A stretch of 63,233 nucleotides of DNA, counting the filler, from Conidiobolus incongruus B7586 (lineage: Eukaryota): the NCBI GenBank assembly GCA_000697335.1. It is 8 parts of 8 records of this genome, joined end to end, with 100 filler letters (N's around TTAATTAATTAA, not from the genome) between each part and the next. Parts side by side here need not be neighbours in the genome. Positions count along the whole stretch, not along the records: positions 13,523 to 26,168 come from JNEM01006158.1; positions 26,269 to 31,837 come from JNEM01006160.1; positions 31,938 to 55,862 come from JNEM01006163.1; 5 more parts are not named here. One strand, written 5' to 3'. The number at the start of each line of letters is the position of its first letter. Within the stretch, counting starts at the first letter, position 1. Positions 23,780 to 36,438 of the stretch are shown here, piece by piece. The notes under the pieces are model-generated. The model was given only the letters and a program-made list of their open reading frames with translations, had not been told where the DNA came from and did no database searches. A program made the translations under genes and the position numbers.

Positions 23780-24984
23780 TTTTAAAATATATAATATTTA
23801 AAAAAATTAATTTAAAATTGGTTGAATAATATATATATTAATCAATAAATTTAATATCAAATTATATATATTAAGCCCACCAAATAGGTATTTGCAATTA
23901 TCCTATTATCAAACTTAATACTCGGTTAATTTATACTTATACTTTTACTCAAAACAATTTCTTTATTTTGAAGTTATGGGAATTCATTCAATTGAACAAT
24001 TAATCAATTCCCTTACTAAAACAAGTAATCTTAATTATATACATTCAAACTTCTTAATCGAAAATAAATATTTATTAAATTGTGCAATATTTTTGAAAAG
24101 ATCTCATCAAGAGTTATGATTCCGTGGTTTAATGAATTATAATCCTTAAATATTAGAATAATTTTGCAATCAAATATAATATTAAACTTATTTAATTATT
24201 CTCCTATATTTTATATTTGGATGTCAAATATTCCTTTACTCAAATTATAAAATTTATGACTTTGATATCATTATTAATATTTATGCAAAATTTATGCAAT
24301 AAACTTTATTTAGTTGTTATATTTATCTATTATAAATAACAACAGTATATTTTATTTAATATATTAATATATTGAATTATCAAAAATTAGATAGAGTTTC
24401 AAATATATATTTATAAAATTATAAATCAAATTATATTTTCTTTTAAATATTATAAAATAATTATTGATTATTTGAATCATAAAAAAACTATAATTGAACC
24501 ATCCTTGATATTATATAAAAATAATTTTAAAACTTAATATCTTTTGAGATATAGATAATCCAAACATTAATAGTATTACTTGATAAGTTTTATATTATCA
24601 TGTTTCTTATATTTAATTTAAAAATATTCATTTGGCTGCTAAAAATAATATATATAATTTGAACCCAAATTTAAATAAAGTTAATAAAATATGTTTTAAA
24701 TTTTGAATTTTTTTAACCATAAAAAATTAAAAAACCTTATAATATAAAGCAATGTCCTAATATCAAATATTGGATTAATATGGCTAATTAAATGAATGAT
24801 AGATATTTTCTTTCTATGCTATAATATGAAGCAATATAAATGCCTATTTTTTAAACATATTAAAAGTGTTGGATATCAAGATATAAATAAAGTAATTAAT
24901 ATAATAAAACAGAAATCTAATATATAAATACCTGAATTTCCTATTATTATTTCTTTATTTGAAAATTTAATGATAAATATATAT

Positions 24985-26010
24985 ATGATTAAACTAGCAA
25001 ATGATTATCAAATATCTTTTATTTGGAAATTTTTAAAACATAACTATAAACCCTTTAAAATCCTTTAAAATCTATTAAAATATCAAAGTAGCTTTTTAAG
25101 ATTGTACCCTATATAAAATTTCACTTTGTTGATGAATTTATGACTATATAGCTAGAAGACATACTATCCAAGATTTGCCTAAATTTGTCAGGCTAATTTC
25201 TTTAAAAATTCTTCTAATTAATAAATAAATTAATAACTATATTAAAAACTATTTTTTATAATATTAACAGATTTATTAAGCTATATGAAAATAATTTATC
25301 AATGTGTATTATATATCGAAATTTAAAATCGGTTTAATTAGAAAAATATAATATAAATAACATATATTTTAATATAAATTCAGAGAAAATATACGGTAAT
25401 TATAGTATTAAATAATCTATTAAAACTTAGCTAGTAATCTAAAATTTTATAATATATTATCAAAATTAATGAATTTCAAATCTCTTGTTATAATATTATA
25501 ACTGAACTCAAATCAAAATATTCGGTAAGCCAATACTAACCCTTTATTGATATTAACAAATAAAAATTTTATCAATAAAAATATTATTTACTTATATAAA
25601 CCTTAATATCAAAAATCTTTTTATTTCATTTTTGAAGGTTATATGGTTTAATCATAGTTTATATTTAAATAAAAAAATCTCTAGATGTTATTATTAGTTT
25701 AAGTTAGAAATGCATGTTATTAGATAATATAATGATAAAATATATAGAATTAAAGCTAGAAAAGTTTCGCTTAATAAAAATATTTGGAACAAGTTGCTGT
25801 ATTCATTATAAATTACTAATTATAACCAATGTGATTATAATTATTTTAGATATTTTAAAAAAATTTTCAATAAATCAAATTCGAAAGGATAAAATAATCA
25901 AGGTTAAACCATATTATATTTTAGTTTTAAATAAAAGACAATATTTTAATTATTTTACACTTATTGAAGGTAAAGGAAAAAGATATTAAGAACAGAATAA
26001 AATGATTATT
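24985..26010 (+). mobile_element. Highly degenerate mariner-family transposase relic
   Basis: Colinear with the 61971-63050 copy (MIKLANDY...NYKPFKI vs MLKLDCDY...NHKPFKI; YNQCDYNYF). Ends approximate. Confidence 0.65.
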
Positions 26011-26269
26011 CTATTATATATAATAGCTTCATTATATTAAATATTTAAATTAATATTAAAATATATTTGACAAAATATTTTAATTAATTATATTGAGAAA
26101 TATTAGTTTTATTTTTGATAAATAATTTTTTTAATATAATTTAAATATTTGGAATATTAATAATATTANNNNNNNNNNNNNNNNNNNNNNNNNNNNNNNN
26201 NNNNNNNNNNNNTTAATTAATTAANNNNNNNNNNNNNNNNNNNNNNNNNNNNNNNNNNNNNNNNNNNNA

Positions 26270-27606
26270 GATACAAGCGTATCTTCAGCTTTTACCACTG
26301 AACCAGCTACAGATTTGGTCTTTGTCCCCAATAAAAACCTCGTTCCAATTTCCACATCCAACTTACATAATGTCCCTGATCATTCTACTTCCATTGCTGC
26401 CACTACCTCTATTATTGATTACGATGCTAACCGCTGGAACAATGTTTTCAAAATACTTTCGAATGATATTTTCAAATATCTCGACCGCCAAACTGTTTTC
26501 AATTTAGGCCAAACCAATAAATTTATATCCAATGTGACATTACCTATTCGCTCATCCCAATTATGTGTCTTACCACTGAATGTGGATGAGATCATATCAG
26601 ACTTGAACTCAACATCGGATCAAACTCTTTCTATCCAAATAGATGACTATCGTAATCAGTTACAAGGATTATTGCGACATGCTAATTGGCTTAGACTGCA
26701 AGGGATTAGAACTATCTTTTTCAAAGAAGTTTTAGATCTAGCTCCTAATCTAAGAACATTAATCCTTGATAAAATTCAGATCGATTTAAATTTTTTCGTC
26801 AATATAATCAAAAATGCTTCGCAACTTTTAGTTCTCAAAAAGAAGTGAGAATTAAGGATTCCGAATATGAAATCCAAGCTGTATCTCTACCGTTATCACT
26901 CAAACACCTTGAGTTCAAGCCACCAAACAATAGTCTTCCCATGAAGTTTTACGCTCTCTTTTATACATATGGTGAACTTGAAACCTTGGACTTTAGTTAC
27001 CTGGGTTTGGCTTTTCATTTACGCCAATGCTCTAACAGCCTAAAAAAACTCGAAATTAATTGTGTGGGCTCAAATTTACTAGATCATCACGCTGATTATT
27101 TTGGTGATTTAATTAATCTTAAGCAAGCAAGGATTAGAGTAAGGAAGATTAGTCATAACGTAATTGAACTTTTGTTAATGCTGGATAAACTAACCTCATT
27201 AACCATTGATTCAGAATTCGTCAATTTTAATGGAACGACATTCTATATAAAAAATTATAATTTAACAGAGTTGATATTAATTTCACCACTCGAAGTTGGA
27301 TGGCTGGATTTCTTTATCCAAAAATGCCCAAATGTCACTAATCTAACTCTCCATTATGTCTCGATTAAAGACAATGTTCGTCTGCTATATCAATTGAAAA
27401 GCCTCAGTAAATTGATAATCGTAAACTATTCAATCGAAGAATTTGATTTAGCTGAAGCTGTAAAGCATGAAAATATTAAAAAAATCATATTTTATGGTTC
27501 TGAATTACATCTTTTAGTACCTTCCTTGACTAACTTCATCCAAGCCGAACCCCAATGGAAATTTAAATTATATTCCTATGTCTGCAATTTAACAAGAGAA
27601 AAATAA
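26270..27606 (+). CDS. F-box-like / leucine-rich-repeat (RNI-like) protein, 5' end in gap, frameshift at A-run near 26837-26841
   Basis: WNNVF..LSNDIFKYLD F-box-like motif and repeated LxxLxL / CPNVTNLTL motifs across two overlapping ORFs. Confidence 0.65.
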
Positions 27607-27855
27607 ATTTGATAGCAATAGAATATTGCTGAATAATTATTGAAAATTTGAAAAGATTAAATTTTTTATTGTATTAATTAGTTAATGTGTTATACCAAGT
27701 AAAAAGATGTTTACGATATTTCGATATCTTAAGCATTGATTTATTTCAAATTGCGGAAATTAATTTTTTAATTTCTATACTGTAATCAGAAAATTTTATT
27801 TAAATAGACTTAGGTTTGATGAAAAAATATGCACAAAATGTTACTTGTCCATGTA

Positions 27856-28715
27856 GGACTTTTGATTAGTGCCATCGCTGGTATCTGATCTCAGATTGTC
27901 CCGTTGCCTATCTCTGTTGTTGCTACAAGACAGCAGATGACCGATTTAGAGCATCTTAATGGTGTATTCAGCAAATAGCAGGAGATCATTAATGAGGACG
28001 GCCTGACAGGTCTTTAGAGCGGGTTAAAACCCTCTCTTTTATTAGTTATCAACCCTTCCATTAGTTATACTGTATTCAAAAACTCTAGGCCTTTTGGTTG
28101 AATACTGTAGGTCTGCTGGAAAGTAGCCTGCAATAAGGATCAAGTATATTCGATAAAATGGGCCAAGAGTAGCTAAGGACATACTTTAAAGGGTTTTATT
28201 AAAATATCAAGATGTAGGACTTAGCCCTAATCGAGATGATCCCTTGAGTAAATATATGCTCAGCGACGATTTTATAGCGCTTCAGGCCTTGTCCAATGTG
28301 TTGGAACACCGATTACAGTTGTCCGGAATTTCGAATTGTACAAGGGTTTTTTAACAAACTTGTGTGTGGATTATGTTCTAAATAAAGTTGAATGGTGAGC
28401 GGACCTCCTGGTCCATGACAATGCTATAAGCATAAAAATTTAACCGCTTTAAAGGCGTTTATCATTGAAACAATTCCCACTTTTGATGTAACAGTAATCA
28501 CTTATCTTCTTATCATGGCTAATATAAGACTCCAGCGGAAGCAATCAAAGTCTGCTCATCAAGATAAGACTACCAAACTTACGAGAACAGTTGGGTTATT
28601 ATTATGCATATATACAACTGTGAATGGTTCCTCAGACGATATAATGGAATGCAAGCTTAAATTTCTAAGGTTGTCTTACGACAAGCATTATTATGCTAAT
28701 TCAATGGAGAATTAA
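27856..28715 (+). pseudogene. Peroxisomal adenine nucleotide carrier (ANT1/SLC25A17-like) pseudogene
   Basis: GLLISAIAGI*SQIVPLPISVVATRQQ...K*QEIINEDGLTGL*SGLKPSLLLVINPSISY, then VITYLLIMANIRLQ and YNGMQA*ISKVVLRQALL. Contains stops and frameshifts. Confidence 0.75.
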
Positions 28716-31700
28716 TTACATAATTACGCTGATAATTGCTGTATGACCGAAATTAGTTGTTACCAAATCTAAAGCTCAAAAATCTTAAATTCAAATTATA
28801 AAAATTTATATATTCTAGATTATTGCTTGAATTATGACAATGGTTTTTATTATTTATCTATCAAGTTTTACATATTAGCTAATAAAAAAATTGAATAACA
28901 TAAAACTGTAATATATATACTTTTTATCATTTCAAATTTAGTAATATATCTAATCAAACTTGGCATATGCAAAAAGATTGCTATATTACAAACTATTACA
29001 AAATGAATATTATATTAATTAAGGAAATTTAGTTAATAATTTACTATATCAATATATGTATTTACAAACATTACAACTGTTTTTTAATACCTTTGAAAAA
29101 GATCATAGTTGAATATTGATTGATTTGAGTAAAAGGATTCTTTAAACAATTTGGCTGATTATTGTTAAAACAAACGATTTAAAACAATATTCCGTGAGAA
29201 TATTATGCTCTTTATATACTAAATAAATACAATAATATCAAGTACATCAAGAAGTGTAACTCATTTGGATTAATATAAATATTAATTAATTATGTATTAA
29301 TATCGCCATTAAATAGATGAAATTAGGATTTAAAAAATTTTTATATTTGTTCATTAAATTATATCATATAAAATAAGCTGAGATAAAAGTTGATCTCATA
29401 TTCTTTTTTAATATTCTGCAATTTTTTGTGTTGCATTTTTGAAATTAAACAATTAAATTAATAGAAATAATGAAAAATTCAGTCAAAATATATCAGATAC
29501 GCTACGTTTTAATTCTAGTCAAACCCAATGGTTCGATTATAATAAATTTAATGACTTTAAGGTTTATATGAAATATGAATATAAATAATTATCTATTGAC
29601 CTAATAAGTGCTATTGATAGGATTCAACCAGAATTCAACTATTAAAAAACCAATATGTCAGATTAAATTAAATATGAACAAGATATAATTAAATCCTTAT
29701 ATTGAAATAATCAAAATTATCAACCCAAACAAAATATACATTTGATTTATATTGCATTGAAATTTGATGAAATTAAGGTTAGTTAGTGTTGCGGTCATCC
29801 GTTCATTTCACGGAATGCTTGGTGGTTATTATCACGAATCTGAAATAATGATTTCGTTCCAAGTGAAAAGCAAAGTCAACCGCATGATCAATATACTTAT
29901 CTAATCTCAATTCATTTTGAATTTTATTCTCTCTAGATTGAATATATGGTTGTAAAACCCTATGCTTGTTGGAGAATGTCTCTTTTGATTCAAGGTTCGA
30001 ATCTCGTTCAGATTATTATTTAAATTTTTCTAATTTAGTACCATAATTAGTTCAATAATATATATAATTATACCTTTTTTCAATTTTACTTTTTATCAAA
30101 AATATTGAAACATAGTATTATATATTTATCCATTGATATTTAATGCAACTTTATGGATATCCTTTCAATATTTTTGTATTTTCTATTCCTTTTCAATTAA
30201 TGGCATCAAAATTATATGAATTACTGTAGTTTAATTCATGAATGTTTATTGAATGATTCATTTTTCAGAATTATTAAATTTGCCTAAAAATATTTATATT
30301 CTATGTATCTTAAAGGATCATTTGAATAAGCTTATTCATTGTTTTGTATTAACTTGATTTGATACATATCTTATTTATATATACTAACACTAACTAGGAA
30401 GTCGGTTGTCTCATAATTTTAAGTAAAGTAGTCGTCTTCTGAGACAGCGCGTGTTAGATGGTACAAAGGGGGTAATTAAATTTTTAATATAGACTGTAGT
30501 GCAAAATCATAGGAAAAGGATCGATGTGACAACTTAGTTGTAATAGATATATTTATTTTTGGGTTGACGAGTTTGGATGTAGTTTTGTAAAAGGTCAGAT
30601 GAAATGGTTGATTCTGTGGCTTGGGTGTATTAGCTAATTATGTTTTAGTTGGATCTGTGTCTGGGTTTAAGAATGATTCGAGTTGTGGGGGTCTAACGGG
30701 TCTTCCTGCCCATTAAATAATATGATTTTAATTTTTTTTCTTTTCAAGATTAGAAACAAAAATAAAGTAATTAAAAATAATTTATTCTTTATGATGATTT
30801 TTTGCAAGCTTCAAGAGATTGAAAAGCTATATCAATCAGCTAATATGAAGATGAAAAAGGCACTATAATTTCTCTATTATACTTGAAAAGGACATTTTAC
30901 CCCCTTATCTCAAGAACTAGTGATATTCTAGAAATTCCAATTTACGAGCCACTGTTTAAGAGGTGAATTATTTAGATCATTCAACTTTCTAAAATTAATC
31001 CTTACCTCTATTATCTTCAAGTCTATTCTTTCCTTTATATTGTTCTTACCTGTTTGGCCATTTGCCTAGGTGGATCTATACCCTTGACATACCCTGATCA
31101 CTTATTTGTATTGATTCAAAATTTATATTTTAATAAAAGCGTAGTTGATCTAATTTATATTTTTTGTTCTTTTGGTATAATCTTTTCTTTGAAATTTGAG
31201 ATTAACAATTTTATTGTTGGATTGCTTGTCATTATTTAAAATTAATATAAAAATTTGTCACTTCAAAACAAATGCTGTATTTTTTAAACTCCATCAGAAA
31301 GCAATGAACTAAATATTCCTTTATATTATGATGACAATTAATTTTCAATGCAGTTATAAATATTGGATTAAATACTGTCGTATATAAATTATACTCTTTT
31401 ATATTATCTAACTGGAATTCTTAATATTAAATGTTTTTCATATATATATATTTATACTTGTTTAAATTTATTTCATATATTTATAATTATTTACTTATAA
31501 CTAAAAATTAAATTTATTTAATAAATGTTTTTTTTTGCTTAAATAATATTCATAAGATAATTTTTAATATCCAAAATATTTAGTATTTGGTAATTATTTT
31601 ATTTGTTAAACTAGCAATGCAATATAATAATTTTTATATTTAATATTTCATGCAAATACCCCTAATAAATAATATTTATAAATAAAAAAATTTGAATATT

Positions 31701-31937
31701 AAATATAAGGCAGACTTTTAGATAGTTATGTTAAAGTATTTATTTGGTTAATTTTTATATTAAGATTTATAAATATATTATTAATAATTTATATAATATA
31801 TAATGATATTTATTATAAAATAGAGCTTAAATGATATNNNNNNNNNNNNNNNNNNNNNNNNNNNNNNNNNNNNNNNNNNNNTTAATTAATTAANNNNNNN
31901 NNNNNNNNNNNNNNNNNNNNNNNNNNNNNNNNNNNNN

Positions 31938-32580
31938 AATCAGATTCTTCAACCTTGGCAACAGCCTTGGGAACTTCTTCAGAATCAGAATCAGAGTCGC
32001 TGCTGCTGTCGCTGTCTGAGCTGGAAGAATCAGAGTCGGAATCAGATTCTTCAACCTTAGCAGTAGCTTTGGGGGCAGCTTCGATTTCAGCATCAGAGTC
32101 GGAATCGCTGTCTGAGCTGGAAGAGCTTGAAGAATCGGAGTCGGAATCAGATTCTTCAACCTTGGCAACAGCCTTGGGAACTTCTTCAGAATCAGAATCA
32201 GAGTCGCTGCTGCTGTCGCTGTCTGAGCTGGAAGAATCAGAGTCGGAATCAGATTCTTCAACCTTAGCAGTAGCTTTGGGGGCAGCTTCGATTTCAGCAT
32301 CAGAGTCGGAATCGCTGTCTGAGCTGGAAGAGCTTGAAGAATCGGAGTCGGAATCAGATTCTTCAACCTTGGCAACAGCCTTGGGAACTTCTTCAGAATC
32401 AGAATCAGAGTCGCTGCTGCTGTCGCTGTCTGAGCTGGAAGAATCAGAGTCGGAATCAGATTCTTCAACCTTAGCAGTAGCTTTGGGGGCAGCTTCGATT
32501 TCAGCATCAGAGTCGGAATCGCTGTCTGAGCTGGAAGAGCTTGAAGAATCGGAGTCGGAATCAGATTCTTCAACCTTGGC
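31938..32580. repeat. Coding tandem repeat, three apparently identical 207-nt (69-aa) units
   Basis: Unit starts at 31938, 32145 and 32352, with a partial unit at 32559. Runs into the gap. Confidence 0.9.
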
Positions 32581-33362
32581 AATGGCCTTGGGGGCAACTT
32601 CGGCATCTGAGTCAGAGTCGGAATCACTGGAAGAGCTGGAGGAGTCGGAATCGGAGTCAGATTCTTCAGCCTTAGTTTGGGTTTTAACAGGAGTAGTTTC
32701 ATCATCAGAGTCAGAGCCTGAACTGGAAGAGGAGTCGGAATCGGATGAGGAATCAGAGTCGGACTCTTCAACCCTGGCAACGGCTTTAGGGGCTACTTCA
32801 TCGGAATCGGAGTCAGAATCAGAATCTGAGCTGCTGCTGCTGTCACTATCGCTGTCAGCTTGTACAGTAACTTTTTTGGGAGAATTAGCCTTGGTAGAGG
32901 AGGCACTGGAGCTAGAACTAGAACTAGAACTAGAGCTAGAGCTAGAGCTAGAATCGGAATCATCACCAGAGTCTTCATCATCAGAAATATCCATAGCGTC
33001 GTCAGAATCTAAAAATCCATCTATTAATTTCTGTGGATAAATCATGTGAAAATATTGAACTACCATCGGAGCTGCTGCTACTATCGCTAGAATCTTTACT
33101 ATCACTAAAAACCTCAAGTTAGTCAAAACCAACAAATTTAAATAATTACAACATACCACGATTGGTTAAAAATTTCCAATAAACTCTTCTCGGGCTTATC
33201 TTCACTAACCTAAAACTCAAAATATCAATACCACATATCTATAACAAATCAATTAAAACTTACACCCTTGACTTCGCTCTTTAAACTTTTGGCAACTTTA
33301 CTGAGACCTTGCTCATTGAGGAAATGATAAATTAGGTTGTATAATTCTTTATTTTGAGTCAT
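31938..33362 (-). CDS. SRP40: SRP40/Nopp140-like nucleolar Ser/Asp-rich protein with N-terminal LisH; exons 33362-33264, 33209-33157, 33104-33064, 33008-gap
   Basis: [30 protein letters not shown]isH-like motif, then alternating acidic-Ser and K/A/P blocks. C-terminal domain not visible (gap). Confidence 0.7.
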
Positions 33363-33944
33363 TGTTAGTTAGATCTATGATATATAACAAATGTAGTCTA
33401 TAAATTAAAACAAATAAAATCTAAAAACCAAATGATTTAGTATTTGCATAATAAAATAAATAAAAGAGTTAACTATACTACTTTTTTGAACTTTGAATTT
33501 GAATTGTTTTTTGATTTTTTGGTTAAATGATAATCAATTTTTTGGTTGAAATTCAATTTATCTAAAAAATTATTTGTATTTGTTATAATTCAAGTTGTGG
33601 GATAACTTTGGTCAACTTGAATTCATTTATAAATTTGATTAATTATTGATTCATTAAAGATCATTAATTGTTTTCTCATAATTTTATCTTCACACAATTT
33701 TGTTAATCTTGTCAATTTTATTTCTAATTAATTGCCTTTAATGTTAAAATGAATCAAGAATAGATCCGACCTCAATACTTTATTAAAATCCCATAAATTC
33801 TAATGAAGTTGGAGAATTTAATAAATAGATGAGCTTCCAAATGATATCTCACCGCTGGTGATATAATGATAGAATACTCGCTTTCCTAGTGATAACTCAA
33901 CAAATTAGAAACTTCAATCAGGTTTACTGCATATATCATATAAA

Positions 33945-34421
33945 ATGAATCGATTTACCCCAATAATCACATTAACCAGTCGCCATAATATCAAAACTGT
34001 ATTGAAATTTATTACCACACCAAAACTATTACCATTTCCACTTTTTAGACAATTTTCTTCATTTCAACCCCAGTATCACCAAAGTAATCCCCAGGAGGGT
34101 CGTATGTTAATCGGGCTCACTTGTAAGGTATGTAGTCACAGAACCCACAAAACATTCTCGACGACTGCTTACACGAAGGGGTAGTTATAATTCAGTGCCC
34201 AAGTTGCGAGAACCGTCATCTCATAGCGGACAATCTCGGATGGTTCAGGGATAATAAAGTGAATATTGAGAACTTGATGCAAGAAAAAGGTGAAAATGTA
34301 AAAATTTGTCACTGGCAACGATATGGAGGCTACGGAGTGGGTACTTAGGGTGGTGAATGAGGAGAATGAAAAAATTGAAAAGTTGAAGTTGCAGAGTGAG
34401 GATGAGGATAATAGGGAATAA
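33945..34421 (+). CDS. ZIM17: Mitochondrial DNL-type zinc finger chaperone (Zim17/Tim15/Hep1), with apparent homopolymer frameshifts
   Basis: Presequence, TCKVC..R..KTFS..AYTKG, then in a shifted frame [22 protein letters not shown]. Shift at G-run 34178-34181; a second probable shift near 34300. Confidence 0.82.
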
Positions 34422-34434
34422 ATTAGAGGTTTAT

Positions 34435-35416
34435 TTATAATAATAAATTGCCATTGTAGTGACCGCGAACTGAGTTGAAGAGTTGAATCTTGCCTCCTTC
34501 CTAAAATTTATGTGTTGAGTAGTTATACATATATATTGATAAATTTCTTAGAATTACCTTAACACATTTAATCAACTCTTCTTTAGTAATTACTCTCTCT
34601 TTCAACATTCCAGAGTCCAATAATTCTTGTCTCTTAACACCTGGCAAACACCCTAACGCCAACTTAATCAGCCAACTAATCCCAATCCATCCACAAACAA
34701 ACTTACCACAACTAACAGGAGGAGTATACCAAGTTGCATCATTTGCAAATTTTACTCCAACATTCATAATTGTTGACTCTGTAATCTCCCCCTTATCATT
34801 TACCAATATTACATCGAATACTGAGTCATATTTCCCATCAACATCTACTCCAAATTAATTTTTAATAATTTTCAATTTCATAATCATTTACTATTTCTAA
34901 TCCTTGCCTCATTATATATTTTTCTATTTGTAGTTTTGTTAATTAAATATTGATTTTCCTCCAGTGATATGGTTCCAATGTCAATTACAACGTTAACAAG
35001 ATCTAATTACATAATTAGCAATAAATTAAAAGATATTTTTATTAAATACCTTTAGGAGGTTCAGGCACTGATCTATTTGAAAATTCCAAATTGCCATTGT
35101 GACTTAATTCCAATCTAATCTAAATAACTATTTATATATCCATTACATCATCATTAATCATTTAATACTTACAACTAATTGATCTCCCTCAACATTTACA
35201 CTTTCAATATATTGATTTAACTTTTGGTGAATATTATTAAGTTTTATAGAGTTAGGGAAATGAAAATAGTTGATCGAAGATTGGAGACGGTTTAGATGGT
35301 AATTTAATCTTACTATACCTATTTCAATTGATAAATAATCAATTAGAATAAAAATGAATTGATTTATTACCTTCGGATTTGGTGTATAACATAGTTTCAA
35401 TTAGGTTGAAAGGCAT
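34435..35416 (-). CDS. ABZ2: Aminodeoxychorismate lyase-like (class IV PLP enzyme), several short introns
   Basis: IETMLY...YHLNRLQSS...KTTNRKIY...DVILVNDKGEITESTIMNV...WYTPP...GCLPGVKR...FNSVRG motifs. Confidence 0.78.
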
Positions 35417-35815
35417 GATAGATATATTAACAGCTATAGGTTTTAAAATAATAATTAATATTAAAAATTGCTAATTGTTTAAAAATTGTGTATATAAAAA
35501 ATATTTAGATAAACATTAACAATATATTATTATATGATGGAAAAAACGAATTTTGAAAATATAATAATTTAATTAATATTACATTATAATAGTTACAATT
35601 TAAATTTTTAATATAAATATATTAATGTCAAATTGCTAACAATGATTTTGAAGGAATTTTTATGACATAATTAAAATTAATTCATCAATTTATGTCGAAT
35701 TTATTTAAATTTAGAATTTTGGGATAGGAAGTAATTATTATAAAAAATTAAATATAAAATTCAGAAAAAAATTTATTTGAAAGAATTATTCAAAGAACAT
35801 ATGAAAATGTTGTTA

Positions 35816-35888
35816 TGCCTTCTACCAGAATCGAACTGGTGACCTTCCGCTTACTAGGCGGACGCTCTGCCAACTGAGCCAAGAAGGC
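35816..35888 (-). tRNA. tRNA-Thr (AGT)
   Basis: Reverse complement GCCTTCTTGGCTCAGTTGGCAGAGCGTCCGCCTAGTAAGCGGAAGGTCACCAGTTCGATTCTGGTAGAAGGCA. Anticodon loop CTAGTAA. Confidence 0.93.
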
Positions 35889-35898
35889 CTTATTCAAT

Positions 35899-36438
35899 TA
35901 TTGTGGTTATTAGCTTTTAGAGCGTCATCAAGGACACCGACGCAATCATTGTGTAGGTCAGGTTGTGAAGTATGGCATTTACCAGCTGGCGTAGACTACC
36001 GAGAATCAGTTCCCTGGCTATTCGGCCATGATCATCTGTAAAAGGGATGTTGTAAAGAGCGACTACATCAGTAGCAATAGTAATGGCGTCAGGATCCAAC
36101 ATGCTAAAAAGATGGAATCACAAAATATCAATAGGAACGAGTGTAGAGTGAATAAAGGAAGATGACTCAAGTGGATCTGTAGGTAGCTACTTGAGCATAC
36201 TAAAAGGGTGTTTTGGAAGTTGGAAAAAGGTTTATTTGTGTGAAGAAGAGAGAGAAGAGGAGGGAGAGTCCTTCTATAATTAAATGAAATATATAGGCAT
36301 AAGTATGCAACGACTGAGTAATAGTGAGGTCACTCAGACATGGACTGATAGAATGTTGATAAGGCCTAATTTGGTTAATCAGGGACTTGGTAGAGAATTG
36401 GAGTGAGAAAAGGTATCAATCAGGTAATAATTGTCAAA
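35899..36438. mobile_element. Solo LTR family A, copy 1 (540 bp), TSD TCAAT
   Basis: Colinear with 41712-42285. TCAAT at 35894-35898 and 36439-36443. Confidence 0.8.

Noticed and set aside
21523..23801. Multiple small ORFs overlapping eIF3b, and likewise the MFS and Myb/U-box genes
   Set aside because: Alternative-frame or antisense shadows of GC-richer coding sequence.
29936..30015. Functional tRNA gene at GGTTCGAATC
   Set aside because: T-stem and acceptor stem do not pair and there is no D-arm/A-box. Kept only as a relic candidate.
31890..33040. Long alternative-frame and antisense ORFs (296 aa, 361 aa) over the SRP40-like gene
   Set aside because: Expected shadows of a low-complexity tandem repeat.
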